Shown here: positions 1-10,782 of the stretch, in pieces
Layout: every line of letters starts with the position of its first letter
Numbering within the stretch: position 1 is the first letter of the stretch
Assembly: GCA_964393975.1 (NCBI GenBank)
Contig: CAYMVO010000003.1
Location: 11,760-75,759, forward strand
Origin: an uncultured Lachnospiraceae bacterium
GTDB taxonomy: Bacteria; Bacillota; Clostridia; Christensenellales; UBA1242
Length of the DNA: 64,000 nucleotides
Direction of reading: 5' to 3'
Notes under the pieces: generated by a model
The model's database searches: none
The model's input: only the letters and a program-made list of their open reading frames with translations
What the model was told of the DNA's origin: nothing
Translations under genes and position numbers: made by a program

Positions 1-113
1 TGATTTTTTTGTTGAAATATTATGCCGATTATGGTATAATGTTGTTATTTAAAATATGGATAATTGCAAATAAGAAGATTATACAACGCTTATTTGTTTT
101 AAAGGAGATATGT

Positions 114-1115
114 ATGAAAGTTGTAGTAGATGCTTTTGGTGGAGACAAAGCCCCTAAGGAGATTATATTAGGTTGTGTAGACGCTTTAAATGAGCAAGAG
201 GAGTTGGAGCTCATCTTGGTCGGTAAAGAAGATATCATAAGAGAGGAGCTTGCTAGTGCGGGTTATAACGGCGATAGAGTCACTATACTAAATGCGAGCG
301 ATGTGATTACTTGCAATGATGCCCCTGTGGAGGCGATAAAGACAAAGACTGATTCTAGTATAGTCGTTGCGCTAAATGAGCTCAAGGCACACCCTGAATA
401 CGCAGGATTTGTGTCTGCGGGTAGCACGGGTGCTGTGCTAACGGGCGCCTTTTTAAAGCTCGGTAGGATAAAAGGTGTACTAAGACCTGCGCTAGCACCT
501 GTCTTTCCGACCATTGATAGAGGTAGGGTGCTTATAATTGATTGTGGCGCAAATATGGATAGTCACGAGAAAAATTTGGCACAATTTGCTACAATGGGTG
601 ATATCTATATGCGTGAGGTGTACGGGATAAAGTCGCCTAGAATCGGACTACTTAGCGTAGGCGATGAAGATGAAAAAGGTAACGAGATGACTAAGAAAGC
701 TTTTGCGCTTTTAAAGGAGATGGATATAAATTTTGTTGGTAATATTGAGGCGCGATATGCGCTTAGCGGTAAATACGATGTCATTGTGACCGATGGTTTT
801 GCTGGCAACGTGCTCATAAAATCTATTGAAGGCACCGCGTCTATGATGATGAAAATGTTTAAGCAAGCGGTCAATAAAAATGCAAAATCAAAACTGGGTG
901 GTTTGCTATTAAAAGACTCATTCAAAGACATTAAAAACACTATGGACTATCACGCTTACGGCGGTGCGCCACTTTTGGGCGTTAATAATGTGGTCGTAAA
1001 GTCTCACGGTAGCAGTAATGCGTATAGCATACAGCAAAGCATCAATCAAGTGATTGCTTTCTATAAAGCGGGTTTGGTGGATAAAATTAGAAGCGCTATG
1101 ACAAAAGGCGAATAG
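114..1115 (+). CDS. plsX: Phosphate acyltransferase PlsX
   Basis: Start MKVVVDAFGGD after RBS AAGGAG; motifs VSAGSTGA, DCGAN, VVTDGFAGN-like, GAPLLG, KSHGSS; sits upstream of rnc-smc-ftsY as in Firmicutes. Confidence 0.95.
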   Translation: MKVVVDAFGGDKAPKEIILGCVDALNEQEELELILVGKEDIIREELASAGYNGDRVTILNASDVITCNDAPVEAIKTKTDSSIVVALNELKAHPEYAGFVSAGSTGAVLTGAFLKLGRIKGVLRPALAPVFPTIDRGRVLIIDCGANMDSHEKNLAQFATMGDIYMREVYGIKSPRIGLLSVGDEDEKGNEMTKKAFALLKEMDINFVGNIEARYALSGKYDVIVTDGFAGNVLIKSIEGTASMMMKMFKQAVNKNAKSKLGGLLLKDSFKDIKNTMDYHAYGGAPLLGVNNVVVKSHGSSNAYSIQQSINQVIAFYKAGLVDKIRSAMTKGE

Positions 1116-1116
1116 T

Positions 1117-1758
1117 ATGGATTTTAAAAAAGTAGAGAGAGCTATCGGTTACACTTTTAAGGATAAAGACCTTATTTGTAGAGCATTTACACATAGTTCT
1201 GTTAGCGGGGATAACAATGAAAAGTTGGAGTTTTTAGGTGATAGCGTACTAGGGTTTATTGTAGCAGATTATTTGTATGGGCTTGGCGAAGATGAAGGGC
1301 AAATGACAAAGAAAAAGGCAGATATTGTGTGTGAAGTCAGTCTTGCGGAGACGATAGACAATTTGGATATAGTGGATAATCTTTACGCTGGAGCACACCT
1401 AAAAGCAAACATTACACCCGCTATAAAATGTGACCTTTGTGAAGCTATCATTGGTGCAATGTATATGGATGGCGGGTTACAGCCGTGTAAAGATTTTGTT
1501 ATGAAATTTGTAAACCTCACAAAACGCATTCACGACGCAAAGAGTGAGTTGCAAGAGTTAATACAAAAAGAAGGCGTAAATTACATACATTACGATACTA
1601 CAAAGGTGGGTGGTGAGAGTCACAATCCTATTTTTGAGAGTAGACTATATTTGCACGATAGACTAGTGTGCTCAGCGACGGGTGGTAGTAAGCGAGAGGC
1701 GGAACAAAAATCCGCTGAAAAAGCACTTGAAATTTTGAAAGGAGAAGAAGGCAAGTGA
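1117..1758 (+). CDS. rnc: Ribonuclease III
   Basis: RNase III signature NEKLEFLGDSVLG, D..EAIIGA and a C-terminal dsRBD (KSELQE...GGSKREAEQKSA). Confidence 0.95.
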   Translation: MDFKKVERAIGYTFKDKDLICRAFTHSSVSGDNNEKLEFLGDSVLGFIVADYLYGLGEDEGQMTKKKADIVCEVSLAETIDNLDIVDNLYAGAHLKANITPAIKCDLCEAIIGAMYMDGGLQPCKDFVMKFVNLTKRIHDAKSELQELIQKEGVNYIHYDTTKVGGESHNPIFESRLYLHDRLVCSATGGSKREAEQKSAEKALEILKGEEGK

Positions 1759-4700
1759 TTTTTAAAGAAATTGATGTCGCAGGATTTAAATCTTTTGCGG
1801 ATAAATTGGAGATAAAGTTTGATTCGGGTATTACCGCCATTGTGGGACCTAATGGTTGTGGAAAGAGTAATGTCGCGGACGCTATTCGCTGGGTTTTGGG
1901 TGAGCAAAGTTCAAAACTATTGCGTGGTTCCTCTATGCAAGATGTCATCTTTAAAGGCACGCAAAAAAGAAAAAGTCTTTCTTACTGCGAGGTTTCACTA
2001 GTTTTTGATAACACAACTAAGATATTTAATATTGACTATGACGAAGTCGTTTTGACTCGTAAACTCTATAGGTCGGGTAATAGCGAGTACCTTATCAATA
2101 AAAACAATGTTAGACTAAAAGATATCACCGATTTGCTCCACGATAGCGGTATTGGCAAAGAGGGCTATTCTATCATTGGACAGGGTAGGGTGGAGCAGAT
2201 TATTTCTAGTAAACCCGAAGATAGACGTGGTATATTTGAAGAGGCGGCGGGGATAGCAAAGTTTAAGGCGCGAAAAATAGACGCTGAGAGAAAGCTAGAG
2301 CGTACACACGAAAATTTGACTCGTCTAAACGATATTATTGCCGAAATAGAGAGACAAGTAGGACCGTTAAAAACGCAAAGTGAAAACGCAAAAAAGTATC
2401 TAGATTTTAAGAGTGAACTAAAAAATCACGAAGTCAATTTGTATATCAATCAATACGACAGTGCGAGTGAATCAAGACAAAAAATCAAAGACGTCATTGC
2501 TGGACTAGATCAGGAGCTAGCACTCCGTGAAGGCGAGTTAAATAGCGTTATTAAAAAATACAATGACAATATGGATGCACTAAGAAAGTTTGATGATGAT
2601 ATAAAATCATTAAATGAGCAAATTTTGAATGTATCACTTAAGATACAAAAGTTTTCTAGTGATAATACACTTTTAAAAGAAAGGATAAACTTTTTAAACG
2701 AACAAGTAAATAGAAGTGAGAGTCAAGCTAATGCTTTTAGTGAGGAGATAAGTTTTAATGAAAAAGTCGCTAAAGATAATAGCGACAAGATAGCTGAGCT
2801 GAAAGTAGAACTAGCACAAATGGAAAATCAAGAAAAAGAATTGACCAATAAATATTTAAAGATTGTTGGTGAGTTGACGCAAAGCGAAGACGCAAACGAA
2901 GAAGCAAACAATCAAGTGATTAATGCGCTAGAAAGGTTGACCGATATCAAGGCAAACACTTCAAAACTATCTACCGAAAAAGAGGTATTATTGCGTCTTA
3001 ATGATGAAAATCAAGGCAAAATAAACGCTCTAAAAGAAAAGATTGTAACCAATGAAGAACAAATCAATATCATAAATAGAGAAAATAGCGATGTGGACGA
3101 GAAAAAGTCCGCGCTAGAGGAGTTTACCGCTAACGCAAAAAACACACTAGCAGATTTGGACTTTAAGATACGACTAGCGGAAAGAGACTTGGGGGAGAGT
3201 AAGACCAGACTCCAAGTATCCACTAATAGAAAAAATATGATTAGTGACTTGCAAGCAGATTTTGAAGGGTATGCGGGCAGTGTAAAGAGACTTTTGCAAG
3301 ACGCAAATGCTAATAGCGTGCTTAGTGGAAATATTGTTGGTGTAGTGGCTCAGTGTATAAAAGTGCCAGCTAGACTCGAGACAGCTATGGAGGTGGCGTT
3401 AGGGAGTGCTCTACAAAACATCATCACTAAAAATGAAGACGATGCAAAAGTGCTCATAAACTATCTAAAAGAGAAAAAGTACGGTAGAGCGACTTTTTTA
3501 CCGCTAAATAGTATAAAACCTAGAAATATTGACTCTAAATATATGAGTGCTATAAAGTCAAATGGCATTTTGGGTGTGGCAAATACACTCATTGAGTTTG
3601 ACACTAGTTTGAGTAGAGTGTTTGAGGGGCTTTTGGGCGCTACTGTTATCGCTGAAGATTTGGACTGTGCGGTAGATTTGAGTAAAAAGTGCAATTATGC
3701 TTTTAAGGTGGTGACACTAGAGGGTGATGTCATAAATCCTGCGGGTTCACTCACTGGCGGTAGCAAAAAGAGTGAAGCAACAAACCTACTTTCACGAGAC
3801 CGAGAGATAGAAAGACTCACAGAAGAGATAGTCGCATTAAATAAGAAGATTGGCGAGTTGCAGTTAAACCTTGACAAATTAAATTATGAAAGGAACAATC
3901 TTGCGACCGAATATGAAGCAAAATCTAAAGAGTTAAATAGTATAAAGGTAGATTTTGCGGGCGTATTTGAAAAGCGTGCTAGATTTGAAGATTTTAATAA
4001 TAGACTAAATGAGGAGATTATTAGTATACAAAATGAGATTGAAAAGTCTATTATTAGGATAAAATACATTGAGGACGAGCTAAAATCAGCTGATGAATTA
4101 GAGACCACTCTCACCAACGCGCGTATCAGTGCCGGTGAGACCAACAAGGCTAGACAAGAAGTCTTTGATAGTCTTAAGGAGCAAAAGGAAAATTATAATA
4201 AATCTACTACTGATTTACGGATAAAGATTGTGTCACTTGAGAGTGATATTCGTGCTTTGGAGAACGACAACGAGAGACTCGAAGCGGAAAATAAAGAGCT
4301 AAGCGACAAGATTACATTTGAGCAAAAAGCGATAGAGACAAACAAAAAAGCGATAAAAGATATGTTTGCTACTAGCGAGGGTGGTGCGAATGCAGAAAAG
4401 CAAGAAAAGTACGAGAAGCAGTTAGAGGAAGTCCGCTTTAAGGTGGCAAAACTAGAACAAGGCAAAGTGGATATCCAAGAGGATATGAAGACACTAGACA
4501 CTAAGAGAAGCGGTTTGACTGATAATATAAACGTTTTGAATAAAAAGCGTATGACTCAAGAAATGAATTTGCAAAGAGTGGATAGTGATTTACAGTCAAT
4601 GCAAGATAGAATTTATGAGGAATATAGTCTCACTTATGAGACGTGTCTACCTTTGAAACAAGCGGACTATGATGTGTCTAATGGATACAAGATAGTCGCC

Positions 4701-5345
4701 GAAATCAAGAGAGAAATAAATAAATTAGGTAGTATAAATGTCAATGCTATTGAAGAGTACAAACTCGTTAGCGGTAGATATGAGGAGATGAGCGAACAAG
4801 CAAACGACCTTATAAAAGCGGAAGAGGAGTTTAAACAAATCATTAGCGAATTAAGTAATGAAATGACTACTATATTTAATGAAAAGTTTAATATCATAAA
4901 TCAAAACTTTACTAAGATTTTCTCGCAACTTTTCGGTGGTGGTTCGGCAAGATTAGAGCTATTAGAGAGTGACGATCCGCTAAATGCAGGTGTAGATATT
5001 GTAGCGGAGCCACCTGGTAAAAAACTGCAAGCAATGACACTAATGAGCGGTGGAGAAAAGACACTTACCGCTATTGCGATTTTGTTTGCGATACTAAAAC
5101 TCCGTCCTATGCCATTTTGCCTTTTAGATGAGATAGAGGCGGCACTTGATGACGCTAATATTACTCGTTTTGCGAACTATTTAAAGAAGTTTTCTAATGA
5201 GACACAGTTTATCGTGATTACTCACCGTAAACCTACTATGGAGCTAGCCGATAGCCTTTATGGTGTGACAATGGAAGAAAAAGGTGTGTCAAAGATTGTG
5301 TCTGTAAAACTAGCAGACGCTATAAAAAATTCAACAGAAGGTTAA
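1755..5345 (+). CDS. smc: Chromosome segregation protein SMC
   Basis: Walker A GPNGCGKSN, long coiled coils, hinge GRATFLPL/GSLTGG, signature MSGGEK, Walker B LLDEIEAALD. Confidence 0.97.
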   Translation: MIFKEIDVAGFKSFADKLEIKFDSGITAIVGPNGCGKSNVADAIRWVLGEQSSKLLRGSSMQDVIFKGTQKRKSLSYCEVSLVFDNTTKIFNIDYDEVVLTRKLYRSGNSEYLINKNNVRLKDITDLLHDSGIGKEGYSIIGQGRVEQIISSKPEDRRGIFEEAAGIAKFKARKIDAERKLERTHENLTRLNDIIAEIERQVGPLKTQSENAKKYLDFKSELKNHEVNLYINQYDSASESRQKIKDVIAGLDQELALREGELNSVIKKYNDNMDALRKFDDDIKSLNEQILNVSLKIQKFSSDNTLLKERINFLNEQVNRSESQANAFSEEISFNEKVAKDNSDKIAELKVELAQMENQEKELTNKYLKIVGELTQSEDANEEANNQVINALERLTDIKANTSKLSTEKEVLLRLNDENQGKINALKEKIVTNEEQINIINRENSDVDEKKSALEEFTANAKNTLADLDFKIRLAERDLGESKTRLQVSTNRKNMISDLQADFEGYAGSVKRLLQDANANSVLSGNIVGVVAQCIKVPARLETAMEVALGSALQNIITKNEDDAKVLINYLKEKKYGRATFLPLNSIKPRNIDSKYMSAIKSNGILGVANTLIEFDTSLSRVFEGLLGATVIAEDLDCAVDLSKKCNYAFKVVTLEGDVINPAGSLTGGSKKSEATNLLSRDREIERLTEEIVALNKKIGELQLNLDKLNYERNNLATEYEAKSKELNSIKVDFAGVFEKRARFEDFNNRLNEEIISIQNEIEKSIIRIKYIEDELKSADELETTLTNARISAGETNKARQEVFDSLKEQKENYNKSTTDLRIKIVSLESDIRALENDNERLEAENKELSDKITFEQKAIETNKKAIKDMFATSEGGANAEKQEKYEKQLEEVRFKVAKLEQGKVDIQEDMKTLDTKRSGLTDNINVLNKKRMTQEMNLQRVDSDLQSMQDRIYEEYSLTYETCLPLKQADYDVSNGYKIVAEIKREINKLGSINVNAIEEYKLVSGRYEEMSEQANDLIKAEEEFKQIISELSNEMTTIFNEKFNIINQNFTKIFSQLFGGGSARLELLESDDPLNAGVDIVAEPPGKKLQAMTLMSGGEKTLTAIAILFAILKLRPMPFCLLDEIEAALDDANITRFANYLKKFSNETQFIVITHRKPTMELADSLYGVTMEEKGVSKIVSVKLADAIKNSTEG

Positions 5346-5348
5346 TTT

Positions 5349-6239
5349 ATGGGATTATTTTCAAAATTGTTTGGCGGTCTTAAAAAGACAAAAGACGCCT
5401 TCAAGACTAAATTTGACGATTTATTTAAAAGAGAATTAGATGATGAGTTTTACGATGAATTAGAGGAGATTTTGTATACATCTGATATAGGTGTCACTGC
5501 TACGGAGCATATTTTGGACGAGATGAAAGACCGTATCAAAAAAGCACATATAAAGACTGCAGATGAGGCGAGAGAGGTTTTACGCAAAGTGATGCTAGAG
5601 ATTTTAGATACTGAAAAGCAAGAGTTTGAGTATCCGCTCGTTATTACCGTTGTAGGTGTGAATGGTGTGGGCAAGACTACCACTATCGGCAAAATGGCTA
5701 AATATTTTCAATCATTAGGTAAAAACGTCGTTTTGGTGGCGGGAGACACTTTTAGAGCGGCTGCGACCGAGCAATTAATTGAGTGGGGCAAGCGAAATAA
5801 TGTGCGTGTCATATCTCAAGGCGAGGGTAGTGATCCTAGTGCGGTCGTGTTTGATGGCATAGCGCACGCAAAAGCAAAAGGTGTAGACGTGCTTATCATC
5901 GATACCGCAGGTAGACTACACAACAAGACAAATCTAATGGAAGAGTTAAAGAAGATAAATCGTATCAAAGAGCGTGAGTGGGGTGATGCTTTGACGCTCA
6001 ATCTTTTGGTGCTAGATGCGACCACTGGACAAAATGCTACTGTTCAGGTCGAAGCTTTTAAAGAGGCTATCGGCATAGATGGTATAGTCCTCACAAAACT
6101 AGATGGTTCGGCTAAAGGTGGCGTGGTGCTAGCGATAGCGGAGGAAAACGAATTACCTATATATTTTGTCGGTGTTGGCGAAAAAATTGATGATTTGGAA
6201 GAGTTTGATGCGGAAACTTTTGTGAATGCTATCATTTAA
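5349..6239 (+). CDS. ftsY: SRP receptor FtsY (short form)
   Basis: GVNGVGKTTT, DTFRAAA, DTAGRL, TKLDGSAKGG. Confidence 0.97.
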   Translation: MGLFSKLFGGLKKTKDAFKTKFDDLFKRELDDEFYDELEEILYTSDIGVTATEHILDEMKDRIKKAHIKTADEAREVLRKVMLEILDTEKQEFEYPLVITVVGVNGVGKTTTIGKMAKYFQSLGKNVVLVAGDTFRAAATEQLIEWGKRNNVRVISQGEGSDPSAVVFDGIAHAKAKGVDVLIIDTAGRLHNKTNLMEELKKINRIKEREWGDALTLNLLVLDATTGQNATVQVEAFKEAIGIDGIVLTKLDGSAKGGVVLAIAEENELPIYFVGVGEKIDDLEEFDAETFVNAII

Positions 6240-6255
6240 TAAAGAGGTGTTGTAA

Positions 6256-8220
6256 ATGAATAAAAAAGAAAGACCTATCTTTCCTAAAAGGGCAATAGTC
6301 ACTTGCGGTATGCCGTATGGAAATAAAGACCTACATTTTGGTTTTGTGTTTGGTATGGCGCTTCAAGCGGATATATTTGCTAGATTTTTAAAGTGTAGGA
6401 TAGGTAAAGATAATGTTATATTTGGCTCGGGTACTGATTGTTATGGTTCACCTTTGCACGAGACCTATAGAAAAAAAGTAGAAAATGAAGGGTACACGGG
6501 GACAATCGTTGATTTGGTAAAAGATTTTCATAACAAACAAGAACAATCTTTAAAATTAGCAGAACTCGGACTAGATTATTTTTACGCTTCCGCTTTTGGT
6601 GAGGCGGTGGAGGAGCATAGAGCGGTTAGTGCGGAGTTTTTTGAGAAAATGTACGAGTCGGGCAACCTCAAGAAAATGAGTACCGAGCAGTTTTTTGACG
6701 AAGAAAAAGGGTGCTTTATCAATGGTAGACAGGTCATCGGCGAGTGCCCTATTGAGGGGTGCAAGTCTACAAAAGCGTACTCTGATGAGTGCGAACTAGG
6801 ACATCAATATTTGCCAAAAGAATTAAAAAATCCTATCAGTACTCTTTCCAACACTACGCCAGTGCTTAAGAGCATAGATAATTGGTATCTTGATATGTTG
6901 GAGTATAAGGATGACATTTTAGAGATTTTGCAGTCGCAAGAAAAAGACAGAAGACACCGCAAGTTTGTTTCTAAGGAGATTAGAGAGTTTTTAAAACTAC
7001 CTGAGACGTATATAATAAAAAAAGACCAGATAGAAAAGTGGGACAAGATAAAGGGCATTTTGCCACCTTTTAAAGTGATAGATGACGCTGAAAACAAACC
7101 TAGTTTTACCATACAATTTGACAGACTAGAAGATAGAGAGTTGGCGTGCAAACTCCTCAGTCAAAACGAAATCCGCTACCGCAACGGTAAGACTTTGGTA
7201 CCTTTTAGAATAAGTGATAACGGTGAGTGGGGCGTACCTCTACCTAGTAAAGATGGACTAGAGGGTAGGACTTTTTATGTGTGGCCAGAAAGCCTTTGGG
7301 CACCTATATCATTCCTTAGAACATACCTAAAAAGTCATCCAAACAAGGCGAATGATTGGCGTGATTGGTGGTGCAGTAAAGACGCTGAGGTTTATCAATT
7401 TTTAGCGGAAGACAATATGTATTTTTATGGACCACCACAAGAAGCGATATTTTTATCCACAAGAGGAGCAAACCCTAGCATAGAATATAGAGACGGCGAC
7501 CTAAAGATGACAAACCTCATAGTAAATAAACATTCATTGCTTTTGGGGGTAAAGGCGAGTAGTAGTGGTGCGGTGAGGGCGCCACTTGGTAGAGAACTTT
7601 TAGAGCATTACACTTTAGAACAAATGCGTATGCACTATTTAGCTAAAAATCTTGGAGATACAAACTCAAACTTTTCACCAAAAGCGTTAAATCCTAACGC
7701 AAGACCTGAGGATGATGATCCTGCGGTCAAAGAGGGCAATTTACTGATAAATATTTATAATCGTATCTTGAGAAAGTTTAGCTATGCGTGTGTAGATTAT
7801 TTTGATTCGCTTATACCTTTAGGCACAGCGAGTGAAAAGGCAAAAGTATTAGCGGAAGATGCCATTTTAAATTATGAAGATAGAATGTATACTTATAAAT
7901 TTCATATCATTTATAACATACTAGATAACTTTTTGCGTAGTATAAATAAATATTATGAAACTAATAAAAATCTTATAGAGGCAAAGGACAGTTCACCTCT
8001 TATTGACTTAGCGTATTTGATTAGGATTGCGAACACATTGCTTTATCCTATCATTCCTAGCAAGTCACAAGAGATTGCGGACTTTTTAGGACTAAATGAC
8101 AAGTGGACTAGTTGGGACTACATTTTTGATGACATTGATACATTTGTCGGTGCTAATCACAAGATTGAAAAATTGATAGATGAAAACCCGTTTTTTAAAA
8201 AACATCCATCGCAACAATAA
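6256..8220 (+). CDS. metG: Methionyl-tRNA synthetase, atypical (HIGH motif reads HFGF, KMSKS reads KASSS)
   Basis: PYGNKDLHFG, GTDCYGSP, knuckle CPIEGC...DECELGH, FYVWPES; class I aaRS layout; no C-terminal Trbp111-type domain. Confidence 0.8.
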   Translation: MNKKERPIFPKRAIVTCGMPYGNKDLHFGFVFGMALQADIFARFLKCRIGKDNVIFGSGTDCYGSPLHETYRKKVENEGYTGTIVDLVKDFHNKQEQSLKLAELGLDYFYASAFGEAVEEHRAVSAEFFEKMYESGNLKKMSTEQFFDEEKGCFINGRQVIGECPIEGCKSTKAYSDECELGHQYLPKELKNPISTLSNTTPVLKSIDNWYLDMLEYKDDILEILQSQEKDRRHRKFVSKEIREFLKLPETYIIKKDQIEKWDKIKGILPPFKVIDDAENKPSFTIQFDRLEDRELACKLLSQNEIRYRNGKTLVPFRISDNGEWGVPLPSKDGLEGRTFYVWPESLWAPISFLRTYLKSHPNKANDWRDWWCSKDAEVYQFLAEDNMYFYGPPQEAIFLSTRGANPSIEYRDGDLKMTNLIVNKHSLLLGVKASSSGAVRAPLGRELLEHYTLEQMRMHYLAKNLGDTNSNFSPKALNPNARPEDDDPAVKEGNLLINIYNRILRKFSYACVDYFDSLIPLGTASEKAKVLAEDAILNYEDRMYTYKFHIIYNILDNFLRSINKYYETNKNLIEAKDSSPLIDLAYLIRIANTLLYPIIPSKSQEIADFLGLNDKWTSWDYIFDDIDTFVGANHKIEKLIDENPFFKKHPSQQ

Positions 8221-8302
8221 TTACTTAAATATTTTTTTAAAAATAGTGTCAATATCTAAAAAAATAAAAAATTAGGTTTATAATGTAGACCTAATTTTTT
8301 TC

Positions 8303-10573
8303 TTAAAAATACCAGCGTGAGGTATCAGTGCTTGCGCTTGACCTAAAAAATATGGTTGCTTTATTGCTATGCTCTTTCAAACCGCTTTTTTGTGTGATTT
8401 CTAAGTAGTATTCATATTTTGCGTTTGGCTTTATATCGGTGTCCAAGTATTCTATATATTCCGCGCTTTCGCTTTTTTCAAGTATGATAGATTGTGTGAT
8501 CAATCTATTATTTACATATTCTTTTTTTATCAGTTTATAAGACTGATGAAGTGCGGTCGTAAAACTTAATTTTACGCTTTGCTCCATTTTTGTAGCACTT
8601 AGGACGCTTTGCTCTATATTTGTAAAATTACTACTTATTTTTGTTGGTTTGTGTGCTATATCAAATAATGTGTTTAAGGTGTAACGGTTAGGTGTGTTAT
8701 TGCTTGCTAGCAAGATATCACCTTTTTCAAAAGACAATCTATCTATTTTGGTCTCAATGACTGAGTTTGGCTTTTTAAATGGCGCAGGAGTGCTCTCTTT
8801 ATATAGTGCATTTAGTATAGACTTTAGTTTTATAGTAGGGGATATTTCGTTTCTTAGACTAGTATTTAGTAGGTTTTCTTTGTCGTGGCTCATTGCATAG
8901 TACCAAACGCAACTAGTATGACTTGTGGTCTGTGCGACACATAACATATCGGTATTTAGTGATTTATCATTGGTGCCGTTGGTACCGCTCTTTGCACGCA
9001 CTTCAAAATCTAAAGCATTTAACGCCTTGCAAGTACCTTCGGTGACCGCTTTTCGCATCATTTCGCCGACTAAGTATGCGGTGGAGTCTTTCATAACGCT
9101 AGTTTGTTTAGGGTGGTGAGTGTAAATCACATTGCCTTTTTGGTCGGTTATTTTTCGTATAAAAGTTGACTTTGTAAATTTGCCACCCTTAGCAAAAGGA
9201 CTATACGCATTACATAGATCGGTTATACTAACGCCGTTTGTCATAGCGCCGAGTGCTAGCGCTAGTCCGTTATCACTTTTATCAAATTGTATGCCGAGTT
9301 TACTAGCAAATGCTTTTGATTTTTCGATGCCGTTTTGCGCTAAAAGGTCTACTGCAGGCACGTTTAAAGATAGCGCAAGTGCTTTGGAGGCGGTGATTTT
9401 ATCATAATACTTATCATTTATATTGTGAGGGGCATAGCCACCAAAATCTTTTGGTCTATCATCAAGTACACTATCAAAATACAAATCACCACTTTCTATC
9501 ATTGGCGCATATACAAGAATAGGCTTCAAGCAAGATGCAGGCGTCCTCTTTACGCTAGCGCCACCATACTCTAGACTCGAACAAAACCCAACTATACCGC
9601 CCGTTTCATTGTCTATCACTATGCCGTTATACATAGCGTGACTAGTTTTTACATTGGCGGATAGAATATTTTGCGTGTTTTTATCTAAATACGTATATAT
9701 TTTGTATCCACCTAAGGCAAGCGCACTTTTAGATATATTTAAGATTTCACTAGCTTCAGTAAGTGATGCGGTCAAATATTCCGTGTTTGATGAGTTTGCC
9801 CTTGATATTTTCAAATCTAGACCTATTTTTTTAGCGCTTTGATATTTTTCTTCGGTTATTTTACCTAATTTGTACATTTGCGCTAGTACTAGATTTTTTC
9901 TATTTAGACAAGCGCTTTCGTGACTTATAGGGGAGAGATAAGTCGGTGATTTTATCACACCCGCTAACACTGCTGACTCATTTAATGTCAAGTCTTTTGC
10001 GCTCTTTCCATAATAAAATTGCGATGCACTTTCTATACCATAGCAACCGCTACCAAAATATATAGCGTTTAAATACATCTCTAGTATTTCATCTTTTGAG
10101 TAGTTTTGTTCTAGTTTCAATGCCAAAAGCACCTCTTTTATCTTTCGTGAGTATGTTTTTTCATTGCTTAAATGTGTGTTTTTGATGAGTTGTTGACTGA
10201 TTGTAGAGGCTCCTTCTATTATGTTACCGCTTTTTATATTGTTTAGCATTGCTTTCGCCATTCTTCCTATATTTATACCATTGTGACTATAAAACTTTGA
10301 GTCCTCAATGCTAATAAATGCGTTTTTGGTGTCTTCATTCAAATCTTTTACCGTAGCATACGGATAACTAGCAAAATTCATTTCCGCGTTATTTGAGTCA
10401 AATATACTTACGGGGGTAGTCAAAGATTGCAGTTTTTCATCATCTAATTGTAACGAACTAGATAACAAAATCAAGTAAAACGCTATAGTACATACTGACA
10501 AAACAAAAGTCAAAACTATTATTTTTAATATTTTTTTATTATTAACTTTTTTCTCATTTTGTCGCACTTGCAT
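8303..10573 (-). CDS. Class A penicillin-binding protein (transglycosylase + transpeptidase)
   Basis: N-terminal TM; glycosyltransferase motifs EDSKFYSHNG, GASTISQQLIKN, RKIKE; transpeptidase SCLK, SLN, KSG. Confidence 0.92.
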   Translation of the reverse strand: MQVRQNEKKVNNKKILKIIVLTFVLSVCTIAFYLILLSSSLQLDDEKLQSLTTPVSIFDSNNAEMNFASYPYATVKDLNEDTKNAFISIEDSKFYSHNGINIGRMAKAMLNNIKSGNIIEGASTISQQLIKNTHLSNEKTYSRKIKEVLLALKLEQNYSKDEILEMYLNAIYFGSGCYGIESASQFYYGKSAKDLTLNESAVLAGVIKSPTYLSPISHESACLNRKNLVLAQMYKLGKITEEKYQSAKKIGLDLKISRANSSNTEYLTASLTEASEILNISKSALALGGYKIYTYLDKNTQNILSANVKTSHAMYNGIVIDNETGGIVGFCSSLEYGGASVKRTPASCLKPILVYAPMIESGDLYFDSVLDDRPKDFGGYAPHNINDKYYDKITASKALALSLNVPAVDLLAQNGIEKSKAFASKLGIQFDKSDNGLALALGAMTNGVSITDLCNAYSPFAKGGKFTKSTFIRKITDQKGNVIYTHHPKQTSVMKDSTAYLVGEMMRKAVTEGTCKALNALDFEVRAKSGTNGTNDKSLNTDMLCVAQTTSHTSCVWYYAMSHDKENLLNTSLRNEISPTIKLKSILNALYKESTPAPFKKPNSVIETKIDRLSFEKGDILLASNNTPNRYTLNTLFDIAHKPTKISSNFTNIEQSVLSATKMEQSVKLSFTTALHQSYKLIKKEYVNNRLITQSIILEKSESAEYIEYLDTDIKPNAKYEYYLEITQKSGLKEHSNKATIFFRSSASTDTSRWYF

Positions 10574-10782
10574 ATTTTTATTTTAAACAAATCTATATTT
10601 TTTATGCGACAAAATTTTATCTTTTTTGTGCTTTTTGGTAATGTTTTTTTGGTAAAGGTGTTTCTTTTTAAAAAAGAAAAACAAAGATTTTTAATGGCTT
10701 TAAAAGATTTTGTTTGCTTAAATGTTGAAATTTATCAAAAAATTTAGTATAATCATTATAACTTTTTTAAAAGGGGGAAGTT

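Noticed and set aside
9-113. Extended N-termini given by the ORF track for plsX, spoIVA, rho-like, rpoZ, hemW, thrS, uvrC and others
   Set aside because: Downstream ATGs have clear RBSs and match family N-termini; starts were adjusted.
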